DNA of 64,000 nucleotides. Source: a virus. Both the position numbers and the translations under genes were made by a program. The stretch lies in the IMG/VR virus record IMGVR_UViG_3300031112_000001; one strand, written 5' to 3'. Shown here in pieces: positions 63,127-64,000 of this stretch. Positions within the stretch are counted from its first letter, which is position 1. The number at the start of each line of letters is the position of its first letter. Under the pieces are notes generated by a model. It saw nothing but the letters and a program-made list of their open reading frames with translations, had not been told where the DNA came from and ran no database searches.

Positions 63127-63552
63127 ATGAAAGATCAACTGGTAAGTTTTAATGAGCGCGGTGAACCACGTATGATAGTTGACGGCGCAACTGTTCCGGC
63201 CAATGCAGAATTGCTGGCCAAGCTGCACATCGACACCGCTGGCGATGCTGAGAAAGCCGAGGAGTTCGTAAATGAACTCGTTGAAATGGGCAATATGTTG
63301 GATCGTGAAGCGGCCAATAAAATGGTAGAAGGTTACCGTGAAGCCGCCCGTCAACTGCCGCCGGGACGTATGTTAATGGTGGATAGCTTAGGCAGCGTGA
63401 TCAGCCATGAACAGGCAGCCGAGATCGCAGCAAAGGGTCAGTGGATCAAGCCTGCCAAGACACACAAGCAGAGACGCGCTGAGAAGGCCGCTAAGAAGCG
63501 CGCCGCTAAATACAAGCGTAGCCAAATCTACCGTGAAAGAGGCCTGCTGTGA
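63127..63552 (+). CDS. hypothetical protein (141 aa) with basic C-terminus
   Basis: GTAGGGAGTAAT RBS. C-terminus is KTHKQRRAEKAAKKRAAKYKRSQIYRERGLL. Confidence 0.7.
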   Translation: MKDQLVSFNERGEPRMIVDGATVPANAELLAKLHIDTAGDAEKAEEFVNELVEMGNMLDREAANKMVEGYREAARQLPPGRMLMVDSLGSVISHEQAAEIAAKGQWIKPAKTHKQRRAEKAAKKRAAKYKRSQIYRERGLL

Positions 63553-63866
63553 GCCTCTCATCGCTGTTTGATTGGGCATACACGATAGCAGCCGCGATGG
63601 GTTGCGCGATGCTCATCTGGATTTTCCTCTCGGCCATTGGCCAGCTACTTTTCCTCTATTACAAAACCAGCATTGAGATCGGACGTGGGCGTAATCTCGC
63701 TGTCGCGGTTCGCAAAGAGTGGGTGCAGTTTCTCCATAAACGCCCGTGGGATTGCTGGGACGAATGGGAAGTGGTGGAGGACAAGTACAACAGTGACGCG
63801 GCCCAGACCTTTCGTAAAATGACAAACATGACCGGGATGAAGTGGCGTTCCGGTTTCTGGAAATAA
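63549..63866 (+). CDS. hypothetical small membrane protein (105 aa)
   Basis: GTG start overlapping the upstream stop (GTGA), AGAGG RBS. Hydrophobic stretch WAYTIAAAMGCAMLIWIFLSAIGQLLFLYY. Confidence 0.6.
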   Translation: MSLSSLFDWAYTIAAAMGCAMLIWIFLSAIGQLLFLYYKTSIEIGRGRNLAVAVRKEWVQFLHKRPWDCWDEWEVVEDKYNSDAAQTFRKMTNMTGMKWRSGFWK

Positions 63867-63883
63867 TAGCAAGGAGTAATTTG

Positions 63884-64000
63884 TGGACCCAGTAACGAAG
63901 TTCTTTTTGATTTTACTCTGTGTGTTGTTTGCCGCAGCGGGGCTGCTCTTTATCTGGCAGGAACTCGGCTGGATACGACGCTTGGATAAACTTGTGCACG
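63884..64000 (+). CDS. hypothetical membrane protein, 5' fragment (runs off window)
   Basis: GTG at 63884 after CAAGGAGTAAT. Reads VDPVTKFFLILLCVLFAAAGLLFIWQELGWIRRLDKLVH with an N-terminal TM helix. Confidence 0.5.

Noticed and set aside
1-64000. Tubulin (PhuZ) GGGTGSG-type signature, terminase P-loop, integrase/transposase, CRISPR repeats, tRNAs, homing endonucleases or introns
   Set aside because: I scanned the translations and gaps and found no convincing motif for any of these. Only the helicase has a clear GxGKT P-loop. GK(S/T) occurrences elsewhere (e.g. NVGKTAQG, GEKGKTNA) lack Walker context.

Overview
Gene-dense segment (about 65 CDS, >90% coding, roughly 50% GC by eye) of a phiKZ-like jumbo phage genome (the group that includes nucleus-forming phages), probably from an enterobacterial host. 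From memory, the gene order resembles SPN3US-type phages; this is unverified. No searches were run: all product calls rest on motifs I could read in the translations. The strongest calls are five genes for fragments of split multisubunit RNA polymerases: one beta-prime N-type with DFDGD, two different beta-prime C-type, one beta C-type and one beta N-type. This implies two phage RNAPs. Other calls are the exonuclease plus motif-A half of a split family-B DNA polymerase, a DExH SF2 helicase and a DnaB-like helicase. There is also an Mre11/SbcD-like phosphoesterase, a dihydrofolate reductase and an HEXXH membrane peptidase. A candidate SSB has a Gly/Gln/Asn linker and an acidic tip. A 773-aa ORF is the putative major capsid protein, and two tandem 423-aa paralogs carry repeated A-x-E|S protease-type sites. 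Most genes are on the + strand. Four minus-strand islands are each closed by a bidirectional terminator. Non-coding structure is very regular. There are about 20 GC-hairpin plus T-run terminators, half with UUCG loops. A 22-24 nt promoter-like motif (GATAGATATTATC-N3-GTGA) occurs seven times, once inside a gene. A recurrent extended Shine-Dalgarno block (GTAAGGAGTAAT) often sits immediately after a terminator. No tRNA, CRISPR array, integrase, transposase or tubulin (PhuZ) signature was seen. Most remaining ORFs are hypothetical. The most unusual protein-level patterns are GGSLL/GLLG-type repeat tails and Gly-linker plus acidic/hydrophobic C-terminal tips, each recurring in several unrelated proteins.
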